IMG/VR virus record: IMGVR_UViG_3300045988_128837 | Coordinates: 23,861 to 87,860 of that record | Source of the DNA: a virus | DNA: 64,000 bases | Direction: 5' to 3' (one strand) | Shown: positions 46,612 through 56,995 of the stretch, one piece after another | How the letters are laid out: each line of letters opens with the position of its first letter | How positions within the stretch are numbered: position 1 is the first letter of the stretch | The notes under the pieces: model-generated | The model's input: only the letters and a program-made list of their open reading frames with translations | Database searches by the model: none | Told to the model about the DNA's origin: nothing | Program-made: the position numbers and the translations under genes

Positions 46612-46971
46612 CTACAATGGTCTAATAATATCAGGATTCATGATCAGAATACTATCACAATCCCAACCGTAAAGCTCATAATATAACTCATAATCACCTT
46701 TGGATAAATTAAGCTTAATTGCATCAACTCCATCTTCGACCATCTTCTCAAAATCTGGCACAACGCCCATTGTATCAAATAAATATTCTGGGAGATATCC
46801 CGATAGATCTTGCGTTGGAACCTGCTTTAAATCGGCTTTCGCTGTCCATTCAACAATATTTGCCGAATCATCCAATGTAAATTTAAAGTTTTTGTCTAGT
46901 TTATCAATTCTAAAATCATTATCAATACACATTTCTCCCACGGCTGATCCGCCTTTATATCCGATGCCCAT
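46612..46971 (-). CDS. Hypothetical protein.
   Basis: ORF only. Confidence 0.35.
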   Translation of the reverse strand: MGIGYKGGSAVGEMCIDNDFRIDKLDKNFKFTLDDSANIVEWTAKADLKQVPTQDLSGYLPEYLFDTMGVVPDFEKMVEDGVDAIKLNLSKGDYELYYELYGWDCDSILIMNPDIIRPL

Positions 46972-47096
46972 AAACCTCCAAATGGTTTGTTAATCATGTT
47001 TCTGTTCACAATTGACATAAACAACTCTTTCTCAAACTTATCACTTCCGTAGTGAATATAAATATTTTCTGACATTTTTCCATCCTTTCGTCAAAC

Positions 47097-47825
47097 TTAT
47101 CCTGTCATCTGCTTCTCAAACAACTGTCTTTCCAACGCACCAAAATCATAATCACGATCACATTCCAAGTGTGCAAGGTTCGTTACCTTTGGCTTTTGTT
47201 TAGCGTTCTTCTTAGCCTGATTTCGTTCCCAGTTTCGTACTGCTGCCTTCCAGTCTTGCATCTTGCTATTGCCCATCATCCAATCTTTGGCTGTGTAATA
47301 ATCCACAAACTCTTCTGGATCAATCCCATTGTTTCTTTGTTGACAATATCTGGAGACTTGCTCGCAATCAGGCGGTGTGAATCGCTTTATATTATTATTA
47401 TTATTATTATATTTATTATTATTCTTTACTTTCTTTTTATGTGTCGCTTCTGCGTCGTTTTGGTGTCGTTTCTGTGTAGCTTGTTCGTCTACAAAACCTT
47501 GATAAACACTGTAATTTACTATGGTTATGACCGTCTTTTTAGTGTCGCTTTTTACATGTATGATACTGTCGTTTTCCAGTGTCTTTAAAAATTTGATAAC
47601 CTTTGAATTACTCCACCCCCATCGATCACACAATCTTCTGATCGAAGTAACCATCGATCCTCGCTCGACTGTTTCTAAGTTTCCATCAATATACTTAGGT
47701 TGATTATTATAACCTGCGAGAATAAGTAAGTCAATCATTGCTTGTCCTCTGGCAAATGGTTTGTCTTCCCATAGCCAATGATCTGTAATTTTCCGATGGA
47801 GTTTGATCCATCCTGTGTTACTCAT
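47097..47825 (-). CDS. Phage replisome organizer / replication initiator-like protein with a poly-Asn tract.
   Basis: N-terminal WIKLHRKITDHWLW...LLILAGY...GSMVTSIRRLCDRWGWSNSKVIKFL resembles Phage_rep_org_N / DnaD-like initiators. Confidence 0.45.
   Translation of the reverse strand: MSNTGWIKLHRKITDHWLWEDKPFARGQAMIDLLILAGYNNQPKYIDGNLETVERGSMVTSIRRLCDRWGWSNSKVIKFLKTLENDSIIHVKSDTKKTVITIVNYSVYQGFVDEQATQKRHQNDAEATHKKKVKNNNKYNNNNNNIKRFTPPDCEQVSRYCQQRNNGIDPEEFVDYYTAKDWMMGNSKMQDWKAAVRNWERNQAKKNAKQKPKVTNLAHLECDRDYDFGALERQLFEKQMTG
47389..47426. repeat. (AAT/ATT)n microsatellite encoding poly-Asn inside the replisome-organizer gene.
   Basis: Sequence attattattattattattatatttattattatt. Confidence 0.7.
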
Positions 47826-47884
47826 GGCATCACTCCCCTCTATATATGGAGATAAAATTCTCCTTTAATACCTACATATATTTA

Positions 47885-48100
47885 TTATTCGTCAACATAA
47901 TAATCACGTTTAAACTCTTCATAAGTCATAACACGTTTCCCACAGTTTCTACAAGTCATAGTCTTTCTATAGTTGTACTCTGTAACACCTTCTTCTTCCA
48001 GCTCTCCATTGCCTGTATATAAATCGTATCCTTTCATATAAATTCTGTGCTCTAAACCTGACTCACTTCCACAATGAGGACATTTGATTTTTTTTCGCAT
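47885..48100 (-). CDS. Small zinc-ribbon protein.
   Basis: CPHCGSE ... CRNCGK. Confidence 0.4.
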   Translation of the reverse strand: MRKKIKCPHCGSESGLEHRIYMKGYDLYTGNGELEEEGVTEYNYRKTMTCRNCGKRVMTYEEFKRDYYVDE

Positions 48101-48127
48101 ATATTAACCACCTATCAAATTTTCGTT

Positions 48128-48856
48128 TTATTCTTCATCAAGTTCCATATGATTTACATCAACAGGATTCTCTAATTTTAAAATATCTTCTTTCTGTTCT
48201 ACAAGAGCTTGTTGGGCTATTGCATTAATTTTATTCTGTGCAAAAGCCTCGATTTCTCCTTTAGCTTCTGTAATTGTTTTGTCTATCTGATTTTGGAATT
48301 GATCAAAGATAAATTTTGAACTAGATTCAATACATTGAGTCACGTTGGCAAGTCTTCTCAGGATCATTTCTCGATCGCCTTTTCCAATAGATTTCTTCGT
48401 AGTAAAAAGCTCCTTGACTTCATCATAAAATTCTTTTGCATCGCTCATACGCTCGTTCATAGACTCTTTAAATTCATTTGTTATCTGCTGTCTTTTATTG
48501 ATAAAATCCGCTTCGTTAATACGTCCTTTACCACGTAAATATTTAATAGTACATGGAATACCTGTTCCAACATTCATAGAAGTAATTAATTCCGCAAATT
48601 GTGATTGCGACATTTCTACTTCCAGAATCTCATCTTCTCCAACATACCTATCATCATTGAGTCCCCTTATAACCACACCTTCCTTTAATACCATATGGAT
48701 TGTATCGTTATGCTGAATGCTACTGCCAAATAAATTGCTATGCCCGCCATGAGTACGATTGAATGATAACATTCCAAATGATGGGTGTTTATATGATGTT
48801 CCAAGAACATCTTCTGATATTATATAATCTCCTTCTTTCCTAATATTTTTTTCCAT
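48128..48856 (-). CDS. Hypothetical protein.
   Basis: ORF only. Confidence 0.35.
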   Translation of the reverse strand: MEKNIRKEGDYIISEDVLGTSYKHPSFGMLSFNRTHGGHSNLFGSSIQHNDTIHMVLKEGVVIRGLNDDRYVGEDEILEVEMSQSQFAELITSMNVGTGIPCTIKYLRGKGRINEADFINKRQQITNEFKESMNERMSDAKEFYDEVKELFTTKKSIGKGDREMILRRLANVTQCIESSSKFIFDQFQNQIDKTITEAKGEIEAFAQNKINAIAQQALVEQKEDILKLENPVDVNHMELDEE

Positions 48857-48948
48857 TTATTTCCTCTTCTTTCCTATATTTTTATTTGTATTTTTAAAGC
48901 ATACCAAAAAATGATATGCTTTAATTTATTTCATCTTATTAAGTTACT

Positions 48949-49734
48949 CTAAAATTCATCCCATTCTTCATCAATTATTAACCCAAATGCAGGATGATAT
49001 TCTGCCTCGCAAACTACATGATCTTTATACATTCTATATCCTTTTTCAAGCACATATTTAACAGGAAATGGACATTCAAACATATCCAAATCTCCATCTT
49101 TAATTGCTTCGTCTAACTTACATTCTGGAATTGCAAGAATAGAATGTCCACAATCCACAAAGTAATAATTGAATTCTTTTAATTCCTCTGGAAGTCCTTC
49201 GTAATTATCTTTCTTTACTCCATGAAGATCTGCTACACTTCTACGAATTGTATTTGTTTCTACTTCTTCCTCTGCTGTCTGATCATCTTTGTCATCAAAA
49301 ACCGACCATGCTAAGGTTCTGCAAAAATCTCCTGACCAGTTTGAAATTATGGTACAAAATGGCGTTGGAATATCCACAATAAATGGCAATTCAGGATGAT
49401 ATTCACCCAAGGATTTTCCAAACAAATCTTTGTAAGCACACTCTATTGATTTCATTGCAAGGGATAATCCGCTTCTATCTTTGCATCCTACTGTTGTCAG
49501 CAATACAATATTTTCGCCTTCAGCCTCTAATATAACTTCTGCGCAATAGAAAGCTCCATCCGCAGTAATATGCAATTTAGTTCCATCCATAAACGGTACT
49601 GTGTAATTAGATGATACATTCCTATCAAATTCAATAAGCTCTCTCATTCTAGTTCTTATTTCACTACTGATTTCCTCTGAATAAGATTTTCTCATATGCC
49701 CTGTCAACAGAGTATAATGATTAATATATTCCAT
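48949..49734 (-). CDS. Hypothetical protein.
   Basis: ORF only. Confidence 0.35.
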   Translation of the reverse strand: MEYINHYTLLTGHMRKSYSEEISSEIRTRMRELIEFDRNVSSNYTVPFMDGTKLHITADGAFYCAEVILEAEGENIVLLTTVGCKDRSGLSLAMKSIECAYKDLFGKSLGEYHPELPFIVDIPTPFCTIISNWSGDFCRTLAWSVFDDKDDQTAEEEVETNTIRRSVADLHGVKKDNYEGLPEELKEFNYYFVDCGHSILAIPECKLDEAIKDGDLDMFECPFPVKYVLEKGYRMYKDHVVCEAEYHPAFGLIIDEEWDEF

Positions 49735-50723
49735 TACTTGTCCACCTTAACCCTTCTCATTTCTCTGACTTCTTTTTTATACTGTTCGATAGCATCAAGT
49801 GCATTTTCAGTATAACAAAAATCATACTTTTTCGCAAAGTTATTTACAGACCTGTAATTGACTATAGGTACTTCCACGCACCCTTTGTCTCGATTATATC
49901 GATTATTCACAATTTTCCTTGAAGCGTTGTAAATTTCATTACTCCTTGCACTCCAACGCAATGTTAGAACTTTATCTTTTGAATCGTAATTAATCCAACG
50001 AGTGTTTTCTTTTTTATAGTTACCGCTGATTGCCATTTCTGTGATTTCGCTATCATGAATACAAATAGCAAACCCATTTTGTAATAAACTGTGTCCAATT
50101 TCTGCTGCTCTGTCAGCATAATTTCCGCTTTTCTCGGTCAGACAACGACACCAACAACAATCATCTTCATTCCATCTATAATCTTTTGATTTAACCAAAT
50201 TAATGAAATCCTGATCTTTCAGGTAAAACAAGCATATTTTATCAAGTTTTTTAACAATTTCCACAACACCTTCATGTTCTAGTCTTTCTGGTGCCACAGC
50301 ATCAATACTAATGATTCTTTCTCGACGCTCTTTCTCCCTCTTAGTTCGTTTATATTTTCGCAGAAAATCTTGTTTACTAATAAATCGATCTAAGTCTAAC
50401 CAAAAAGAGGCTGTCGTTTCATTTTCTATAATTTCCTGTACTGTTCTGTCGTTTTCAAACTCATTATAAACATCCAATCGAATTGTATTAGCCCACGCTA
50501 CTTGTTTTTCTGTTCCTGTCAATTCTGGAAATCCATATTCTTTTGATAGTGCCTCAGAGTTTTTGTTTTCTTCTGTAATCTGTTTTTCTCTTTCTTTTTT
50601 TTCACATTGTGGACATAGATGAGAAAAAGCATAGTCAACTTTTCTCTGTCTTTCACTCATTTTTCCAATAACATTTACTACTCCATCATGCCCACAAGCG
50701 TAAGTGCCTTCATATTTAGCCAT
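49734..50723 (-). CDS. Hypothetical protein with an N-terminal Cys cluster.
   Basis: CGHDG...CPQCEKKE. Confidence 0.35.
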   Translation of the reverse strand: MAKYEGTYACGHDGVVNVIGKMSERQRKVDYAFSHLCPQCEKKEREKQITEENKNSEALSKEYGFPELTGTEKQVAWANTIRLDVYNEFENDRTVQEIIENETTASFWLDLDRFISKQDFLRKYKRTKREKERRERIISIDAVAPERLEHEGVVEIVKKLDKICLFYLKDQDFINLVKSKDYRWNEDDCCWCRCLTEKSGNYADRAAEIGHSLLQNGFAICIHDSEITEMAISGNYKKENTRWINYDSKDKVLTLRWSARSNEIYNASRKIVNNRYNRDKGCVEVPIVNYRSVNNFAKKYDFCYTENALDAIEQYKKEVREMRRVKVDK

Positions 50724-50744
50724 ACTTATCCCATTTCCTTTCCA

Positions 50745-51248
50745 TCAAAGTTTCATTTTATCTATATGATCATCACATTCCCATACCGCTTCATAGCAGA
50801 CATCTAACATATCTCTTACGATTTGTTTCCTCTGACTTAACTTTTCTTCTTTTTTTTCAATATCCTCTTTCTCACGCAATAAATGCATATATTTTTGATA
50901 CGGCATGTTTGTATCTGCTAGTTTTTCTTCTATAGCGATCCTTTCATTAATTACTTTTCTTAATTTATTACATAATTCCTTATGCTTATCTTTGATCGCT
51001 TTAATGACTGCATATTCATACATTCTTTGATATTTAGACTCAAATTTTCCATCTTTGAATTCATAACGATCCTCAACCTTGCAGGCATCTAAAATCTTAT
51101 CTCCGTTTTCTCTGCACTCATTTAACAATTCCATTAAAGCCTCTTCGTTGTCAAATGTCGCATAACCAATTCCATCTTCTTTTGTTTCGTAAACACACAT
51201 ATATGGTTTTTCTGGTGTATATGCCTTAGATTTTTCCATTTTAATCAC
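50745..51248 (-). CDS. Hypothetical protein.
   Basis: ORF only. Confidence 0.35.
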   Translation of the reverse strand: MIKMEKSKAYTPEKPYMCVYETKEDGIGYATFDNEEALMELLNECRENGDKILDACKVEDRYEFKDGKFESKYQRMYEYAVIKAIKDKHKELCNKLRKVINERIAIEEKLADTNMPYQKYMHLLREKEDIEKKEEKLSQRKQIVRDMLDVCYEAVWECDDHIDKMKL

Positions 51249-51263
51249 TCCTTTTTAATTACT

Positions 51264-51620
51264 TTATTCTTTACAAGCTACAATGCAAGTTAGCTCTTTA
51301 AAGAACGGTTGATCTTTAATCTGATTTAATAAATAATATACATCACAATTGATCATATCTTTTTCGGATTTATCTATACTATATATTATTAAATATTCCA
51401 GTTTGTCACTCCAATTTTCAACAATTCCTAAATATTTTTCCATTTCCTCTTTAATACTCTGCGAATCATCTAAAATAAAATTATCACATCTTGAAAACAG
51501 ACTGCGAGAAATGTTTTCATCTTCAAATATGATTACAAAGCATTTTTCTGATCGAGAACTATCAATAAAATCACTGAGAAATTTAGATTTTCCATTGCCC
51601 TTCAATGTTAATATTTCCAT
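51264..51620 (-). CDS. Hypothetical protein.
   Basis: ORF only. Confidence 0.3.
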   Translation of the reverse strand: MEILTLKGNGKSKFLSDFIDSSRSEKCFVIIFEDENISRSLFSRCDNFILDDSQSIKEEMEKYLGIVENWSDKLEYLIIYSIDKSEKDMINCDVYYLLNQIKDQPFFKELTCIVACKE

Positions 51621-51626
51621 TTTACA

Positions 51627-51863
51627 TCATTCCTTTTCAAAATATCTTTTCGCTATTTCTTCAAAAAATTGTTGTTCCACTGCGATTACAAGCCCTGAGA
51701 ATTGCAAAGTGTCTTCTGAATAAAGTTCATTTTTCCACTTTCTCGCATATTCTCTAAAGCTTTCACAGGTTTTTCCAACTTCTTTAGCCCTAACATATTT
51801 TTCCCAAATAGATTTTAAGTCGCTATCACTCATATCTTTAAAAATCTTAATCATTTCCATCAC
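51627..51863 (-). CDS. Hypothetical protein.
   Basis: ORF only. Confidence 0.3.
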   Translation of the reverse strand: MMEMIKIFKDMSDSDLKSIWEKYVRAKEVGKTCESFREYARKWKNELYSEDTLQFSGLVIAVEQQFFEEIAKRYFEKE

Positions 51864-51871
51864 CTCAATTT

Positions 51872-52456
51872 CTAAATTCTAATACCATGCTCTGCCTCAT
51901 ATCTACACCAGCAATCAATATATCTATCTTCATCATTAACATCTAAATACTGTTCGTATTTATCCATGAGTGGATACATTTCATCGTAACAAACACCTTC
52001 GTTAATAAAGCTCCAAATATCCATATAAATCGTATTATATAATTCTTCTGGAATATAATCATACACATCTGCACAGATGATTTCCACCTTATCACTCAAT
52101 GGCAACTGACTTGCTACCAAATCAATAACTTCCTGATTCTTTTCCACTACAATGATTTTATCTACCATTGGATCATCTTGAATCGCAAGTAGAATCAAAC
52201 CAATTCCAAGTCCACCAATAAAAACTTTCCCGTGAGCGTTTGTTACAAAATCTTCATTAGTTCTTTTTCCCATTGGTGTATTAGACATTAAGACACTTCC
52301 TCTATGTTCTAATCTCACATAATCTCCTGGTGCAATTCCATGACACATGGCGTATCCATCCTGGTTGCTTATTGTAAAATGAGACAATTTAAAATCTCCA
52401 ATCTGTCTATCTTTTAAAATTTTGCTCATATCTTCATACATATATCTATCTTCCAT
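51872..52456 (-). CDS. Possible class I SAM-dependent methyltransferase-fold protein.
   Basis: Gly-rich motif-I-like VFIGGLGIGLILLA, an acidic residue after beta-2 (IVVEKN), and ICADVYDY. Weak call. Confidence 0.25.
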   Translation of the reverse strand: MEDRYMYEDMSKILKDRQIGDFKLSHFTISNQDGYAMCHGIAPGDYVRLEHRGSVLMSNTPMGKRTNEDFVTNAHGKVFIGGLGIGLILLAIQDDPMVDKIIVVEKNQEVIDLVASQLPLSDKVEIICADVYDYIPEELYNTIYMDIWSFINEGVCYDEMYPLMDKYEQYLDVNDEDRYIDCWCRYEAEHGIRI

Positions 52457-52493
52457 TTACTCTCACTCCTTCTGATCAAATATTTGTTTTATT

Positions 52494-52763
52494 CTAGTAT
52501 CCCATATTAGTTTCTTTTGTAATCTTTGCTGCTACAGAATCTAACATCTCATATTTTTCAATAATATTAGACACTTCTTCTTTTGTTAGGAGTCTCCATT
52601 CATCAGTTCCATTCTTTTTAAACTCTAGTGTATGAGAGCCACGATCTACCCATACAGGAATTCCAAATGTTACTCCAACGTATTTATCCATTAAAGCTAA
52701 ACATTTATCAACTAATTTCCTATATTCTTTAGCTTCTTCTTTTCGGTTTTCCAATTTATTCAT
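52494..52763 (-). CDS. Hypothetical protein.
   Basis: ORF only. Confidence 0.3.
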   Translation of the reverse strand: MNKLENRKEEAKEYRKLVDKCLALMDKYVGVTFGIPVWVDRGSHTLEFKKNGTDEWRLLTKEEVSNIIEKYEMLDSVAAKITKETNMGY

Positions 52764-52812
52764 TTTGAGACAACTCCTTTTTCGTTTTGTGTCATAATTA
52801 TATCACACCTCT

Positions 52813-53907
52813 CTATTCTTCTGAAATAATTTCCACCGCTGCTTCGTAAAATCTGTTGTACAAAGTTGCATTAGTTTTAATAAGCTGAGCTTTAGACAGT
52901 CCATGAGCATACTCATCCCAATTAACACCGTTTTCTGTCATCTTAGTATAGATTTTCCGATAAACAGAAGTTCCGCCTTTAGATTTATTTCCAATATGAT
53001 TAGCATAATTGGTAATCTTGATCTTCATTTCTTCCCAATCAGGCTGTGCATTTTCTTTGCGGAACTGTCGCAGAAGTTTTTCCAATGAATTGACTAACAG
53101 ATCAGGATACTTGTCATAGCAAAGATCAATCGTTGGTACATTGCCTCTTTCGCTAATATTATACTTCTCTTTGTATTCTTTCCGATCCTGTTCCCACACA
53201 ATTCCATATGTGTTAGTGAGATACCTGTATACTTCTTTAAGAATATCTCTCGTAGTAGTTCCTAATTCATCAGATTCTTTTAGAATATCATTAATGATAG
53301 AATATACGTTGGATTTCCATTCGTTAAGTTTGTATTCTGCAATAACACTTTCAGTATCTACTACTGGAATATCTTTCGTAGGTTTACCGATCTGCTTATA
53401 TAGTTCTTTTCGTTCGGTTTTCATCTCTTTTACAATGTCCGCCAACTGATTAAAACCTTTGATAGTAACATTGTATAGGCGTTCATTGTTTCTTTCCATC
53501 TGCCTCATAAGTTCTGTCTGTTCTGTAAGAAATTGCTCCACTGTTGTTACGGGAGTTCCTGTTCTTAAATTTCCATGACGATAAGCTCCAATCACATCCC
53601 ATACCCAATCCATAAAGGCATCAGCCTTGGGTTGTCTACTTCTTCTACAAATTTCATAAATGCCACGTTCATTATAGATATAACTAGAATAAGATTTTCC
53701 ATCAGTTGTTTCCAATTTGGTAACAACTGAATCTCTATCTAGTCTTTCTTTATTAGCATCGTGAATTTTTGCAATGGCGACTCTAGGATCTTTATATTCT
53801 AATGCAAGCCCAATCTGTTGCCTGCTCATCCACAACTGATCCTCAGCACTATAAAAATCACACGATAAATCATTAAAATTTTCCGTTTTAACTAACTGTA
53901 GGTTCAT
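52813..53907 (-). CDS. Bro-N domain protein (antirepressor-like).
   Basis: DQLWMSRQQIGLALEY...ERGIYEICRRSRQPKADAFMDWVWDVI. Confidence 0.5.
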   Translation of the reverse strand: MNLQLVKTENFNDLSCDFYSAEDQLWMSRQQIGLALEYKDPRVAIAKIHDANKERLDRDSVVTKLETTDGKSYSSYIYNERGIYEICRRSRQPKADAFMDWVWDVIGAYRHGNLRTGTPVTTVEQFLTEQTELMRQMERNNERLYNVTIKGFNQLADIVKEMKTERKELYKQIGKPTKDIPVVDTESVIAEYKLNEWKSNVYSIINDILKESDELGTTTRDILKEVYRYLTNTYGIVWEQDRKEYKEKYNISERGNVPTIDLCYDKYPDLLVNSLEKLLRQFRKENAQPDWEEMKIKITNYANHIGNKSKGGTSVYRKIYTKMTENGVNWDEYAHGLSKAQLIKTNATLYNRFYEAAVEIISEE

Positions 53908-54133
53908 TCTTCATCTTCCTTTCTAAACTGTCTTATTTTTCTCTATACTCATTATTTTTGTATGCTTTAATTCCGTAAACCAATAGAAATAAAATCAACA
54001 TTTAATTCCAACTATTAGTGTGCCAATCCTAATCGAAACCTATTCTATTCCTATTAGCTCTCTATGTAATCAACACCCTTTCCATTCACAATTATATGCT
54101 TAGTGAATCATTAGTTTGTGTATAATAAATTTG

Positions 54134-54160
54134 ACAAAAAACCGACCTGCCAAATCGGTT
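54134..54160 (-). terminator. Rho-independent terminator (AACCGA-loop-TCGGTT followed by UUUUUU).
   Basis: Minus-strand reading: AACCGATTTGGCAGGTCGGTTTTTTG. Confidence 0.45.
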
Positions 54161-54177
54161 CTCGTCAAATATTCCCG

Positions 54178-54208
54178 TAAAATAAAAAGAACCTTCCACT
54201 CGGTTCTT
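54178..54208 (-). terminator. Rho-independent terminator (AAGAACC-loop-GGTTCTT followed by UUUUAUUUU), in tandem with 54134-54160.
   Basis: Minus-strand reading: AAGAACCGAGTGGAAGGTTCTTTTTATTTT. Lies immediately downstream of gene 54230-54475. Confidence 0.45.
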
Positions 54209-54229
54209 TGCCAAAATTATTATATGGAA

Positions 54230-54475
54230 TTAAATCAGCTGATAAATAAGCATTCCGAAAGCTACGATAACCCATAATGTCGTAATTACTTTCATAGGCT
54301 TCATAATAGCTTCTAATATTTCCTCTAATACGTCTATATATTTGCTTAAATATACCTTATTATGTTCACGATCAATTTTTCTTAGCGATAACCAAGCTAG
54401 GAAAACAATCACATATAACACAAAAGATATTCCGCAGAACTGTTCAAAGACATGAATAATCTGTTCTAATTCCAT
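54230..54475 (-). CDS. Small membrane protein (two TM helices).
   Basis: FVLYVIVFLAWLSL and VITTLWVIVAFGMLIYQLI. Confidence 0.35.
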   Translation of the reverse strand: MELEQIIHVFEQFCGISFVLYVIVFLAWLSLRKIDREHNKVYLSKYIDVLEEILEAIMKPMKVITTLWVIVAFGMLIYQLI

Positions 54476-55818
54476 ACTTCATCATCCTCATCTTCATTAT
54501 CATATAAATTTTCCACAGGTGCCGTCTGTTGGAACATATCTGTTGGAGATAGGTTTCTAGCTTCACACATTGCACAAAAGACTTTCAGTACCTTATCCCA
54601 TTCATGTTCTTGAATCCACTGTAGAAATGGTTTCTTTCCACGTTTCTTAACATCAATCTGATATTTATACTGTAAGTTCTTATACAGCTCGTTCCACATA
54701 ACAGAGAACTGTGTTCCTGTAACCGCAGCTAATTTCCTAATACCAGCGTTCATCTTATTGCGATCATCCCACGTCAAAATTTCCGCTGCTAATAGCTTAT
54801 TATCATTCTGTAGCTTCTGATTTTCTTCTTTGAGTTCCTTGTTTTGTGTTCTCAGATCCGTTACCATTGCAAGCTTGACATCTTCAGAGAATGATGGAAA
54901 ATAGTGTTCAATAAACTGTGATTCTTTTCCAAAGTCAACTGCACCGCCTGTCTTACGGATGTTTCTAAGGTATTCTTTGATCTGTTTCTTCATCTGTTTT
55001 GCAATCGGCTTGCGTGACTGCATACACACTTCATAGAGTCCATCTTCTGTCAGAAACCAAAATGGATTAATAGTCTTTCCCGTAGAATCAATCTGACCTA
55101 AATTTGACCCGCCAACATTATTGGCGGTTAAGATTTTGGTCTTATATTTTTCCTCTGAATCAATCACCTGTAACATCATATCTGTTTTATAACTTCCATC
55201 AGGACGTTTACTATAATCAATCCATTCTGCAACATCTCTTGCCAAGAATAACGGATCTTCAATGCTTCTGTATAAGTCAATTCTTCTACCTAAAATTTCC
55301 GTTGTGTCTACAAGCTGCACACCTGCCTCTACCTGCTCTTGTTCTCTCTGCTCTTCTATCGTGATATAATCATTAATGAAAACATAATACCTCACGCTCT
55401 CGGCAAGGCTTGAAGTTTCCATCAGTAGTGAAAGTCGGATTAAACATTTAAGAGTAAACACCTTAGCACCTTTATAGCCGAATGAGATATTTAATCCGTT
55501 CGGATACGTTACCATGATTCTTCCCTTCTGTTTTTCCGTTGTTGCGTTCTGACCGTCAATGATCTCTTGCACTGTCTTAACTTCCATTCCATCGTCTAAA
55601 AACTCTTTGCGATACTTCGTACACAACCGCTTAACCTCGTCAACGTCTCCATCAAAGAATCGTGCTACCTGTTCTGTAGTAATATAATCTCGTCCAGGAA
55701 GCCACGGGATCGGCTTGATTGTAACCTGTTTCAAAAGTTCTGTGTTCTGTACCAGTTCATCTCTCTTTGCTTTATCCAAAATTGGATCGCAAGGAATTTC
55801 CATTTCGTTTAAATCCAT
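54466..55818 (-). CDS. Bro-N domain-containing protein (450 aa).
   Basis: EDGLYEVCMQSRKPIAKQMKKQIKEYL is a Bro-N-like segment related to 52813-53907. Confidence 0.4.
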   Translation of the reverse strand: MDLNEMEIPCDPILDKAKRDELVQNTELLKQVTIKPIPWLPGRDYITTEQVARFFDGDVDEVKRLCTKYRKEFLDDGMEVKTVQEIIDGQNATTEKQKGRIMVTYPNGLNISFGYKGAKVFTLKCLIRLSLLMETSSLAESVRYYVFINDYITIEEQREQEQVEAGVQLVDTTEILGRRIDLYRSIEDPLFLARDVAEWIDYSKRPDGSYKTDMMLQVIDSEEKYKTKILTANNVGGSNLGQIDSTGKTINPFWFLTEDGLYEVCMQSRKPIAKQMKKQIKEYLRNIRKTGGAVDFGKESQFIEHYFPSFSEDVKLAMVTDLRTQNKELKEENQKLQNDNKLLAAEILTWDDRNKMNAGIRKLAAVTGTQFSVMWNELYKNLQYKYQIDVKKRGKKPFLQWIQEHEWDKVLKVFCAMCEARNLSPTDMFQQTAPVENLYDNEDEDDEVWN

Positions 55819-55913
55819 AGTTATTCCACCTTTCTTATGTAAAAATTTGTATTAAAAAAGACACTCTGGAATTTTCCATAAGTGTCCTAGTTACCTATAT
55901 TAATTTATATTCA

Positions 55914-56450
55914 CTATAATTCTAGTTCATCAATTTCTGGCGTATCAGAATGTTCCATTTCCCTTAACTCTTCGATACTTGTTCCAAGCAAAGTAAGAGC
56001 TGACTTAAATCGGTTCGGATCAATATATCCTGTAGGTCTATGCCAAAAATTTTTAGCAAAATCTGGATCTTCTTTTTCCAATTCATATGCTATGTGATCG
56101 GCTTTATCATATAATAGTCTTGCTCGTGTTGGCAGTTTCATCGGTTCATATCCTCTACTCTGCTGTCTGTAATCTTCTATTATGTTATCCCAACTAAGAT
56201 CATCAGGAATCTTTTCTATTATATATACTTCTTGTAATGCTTCTTCAGGTACATCAGGATAATGAATTAGAGCATACCGCTCTTTTCCATTCTTAACATA
56301 TTTATATACTTCATGTTCAAGATCTGGAAGTGCTACATATTCTAATCCGTTTTTCTTTAGTCCATCTACCCAGTTTATTTCTGTAAATGTCTGAACCCAT
56401 ACATCTTTCCCATAATGCTTGAATTTATTCATATTCATAACTCCTTCCAT
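55914..56450 (-). CDS. Hypothetical protein.
   Basis: ORF only. Confidence 0.35.
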   Translation of the reverse strand: MEGVMNMNKFKHYGKDVWVQTFTEINWVDGLKKNGLEYVALPDLEHEVYKYVKNGKERYALIHYPDVPEEALQEVYIIEKIPDDLSWDNIIEDYRQQSRGYEPMKLPTRARLLYDKADHIAYELEKEDPDFAKNFWHRPTGYIDPNRFKSALTLLGTSIEELREMEHSDTPEIDELEL

Positions 56451-56486
56451 ATATAATCTGCTTTATTAAATAATATTTTCCATTCT

Positions 56487-56657
56487 ATCTTCCATTCCAA
56501 AGATCGGAAAAGAACTTATAAACCCCATACAGAATAGCAAAAAATGCTATAACCATTAAAATTCCATAACCACCACCTAAGATAGCTCCTAATATATATT
56601 CCAAAGTGTCCTCTGGAACGATAAATATAATTATTAACAATAAAACCCACATTACTT
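56487..56657 (-). CDS. Unannotated small membrane protein (56 aa, MWVLLLIIIFIVPEDTLEYILGAILGGGYGILMVIAFFAILYGVYKFFSDLWNGR).
   Basis: RBS GGAGAGTAAGTA precedes the ATG. Two hydrophobic segments. Below the track cutoff. Holin-like topology, but position is not diagnostic. Confidence 0.3.
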
Positions 56658-56761
56658 ACTCTCCTTTGTTCCATTTTTTTTAGTTTCTCTGATCATCTGA
56701 TATCTCAACCAATATGTATATATTATCATTTTCTTCAACCATCGTAAACAGACCGTAGAAA

Positions 56762-56983
56762 TTACACTTCACTTTCCTCTACTTCACTTGCGAATAACTT
56801 GTACTCATAGTCGTAACCACCACCATCACAAGGGATATCAATATCTCCTGTATTAATCTTTTCCGCTACAATATTTCTTGCTTCGTTCTCTGTTTCTGCT
56901 TTGATTTCCACTGATCTCTTATATGTTTCTACAACATCTATTATGTATTTTTTCATGTAAATTTCCATCCTTCCTACGATCAA
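56762..56983 (-). CDS. Hypothetical small protein.
   Basis: ORF only. Confidence 0.3.
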   Translation of the reverse strand: MIVGRMEIYMKKYIIDVVETYKRSVEIKAETENEARNIVAEKINTGDIDIPCDGGGYDYEYKLFASEVEESEV

Positions 56984-56995
56984 ATTGACATTCTA

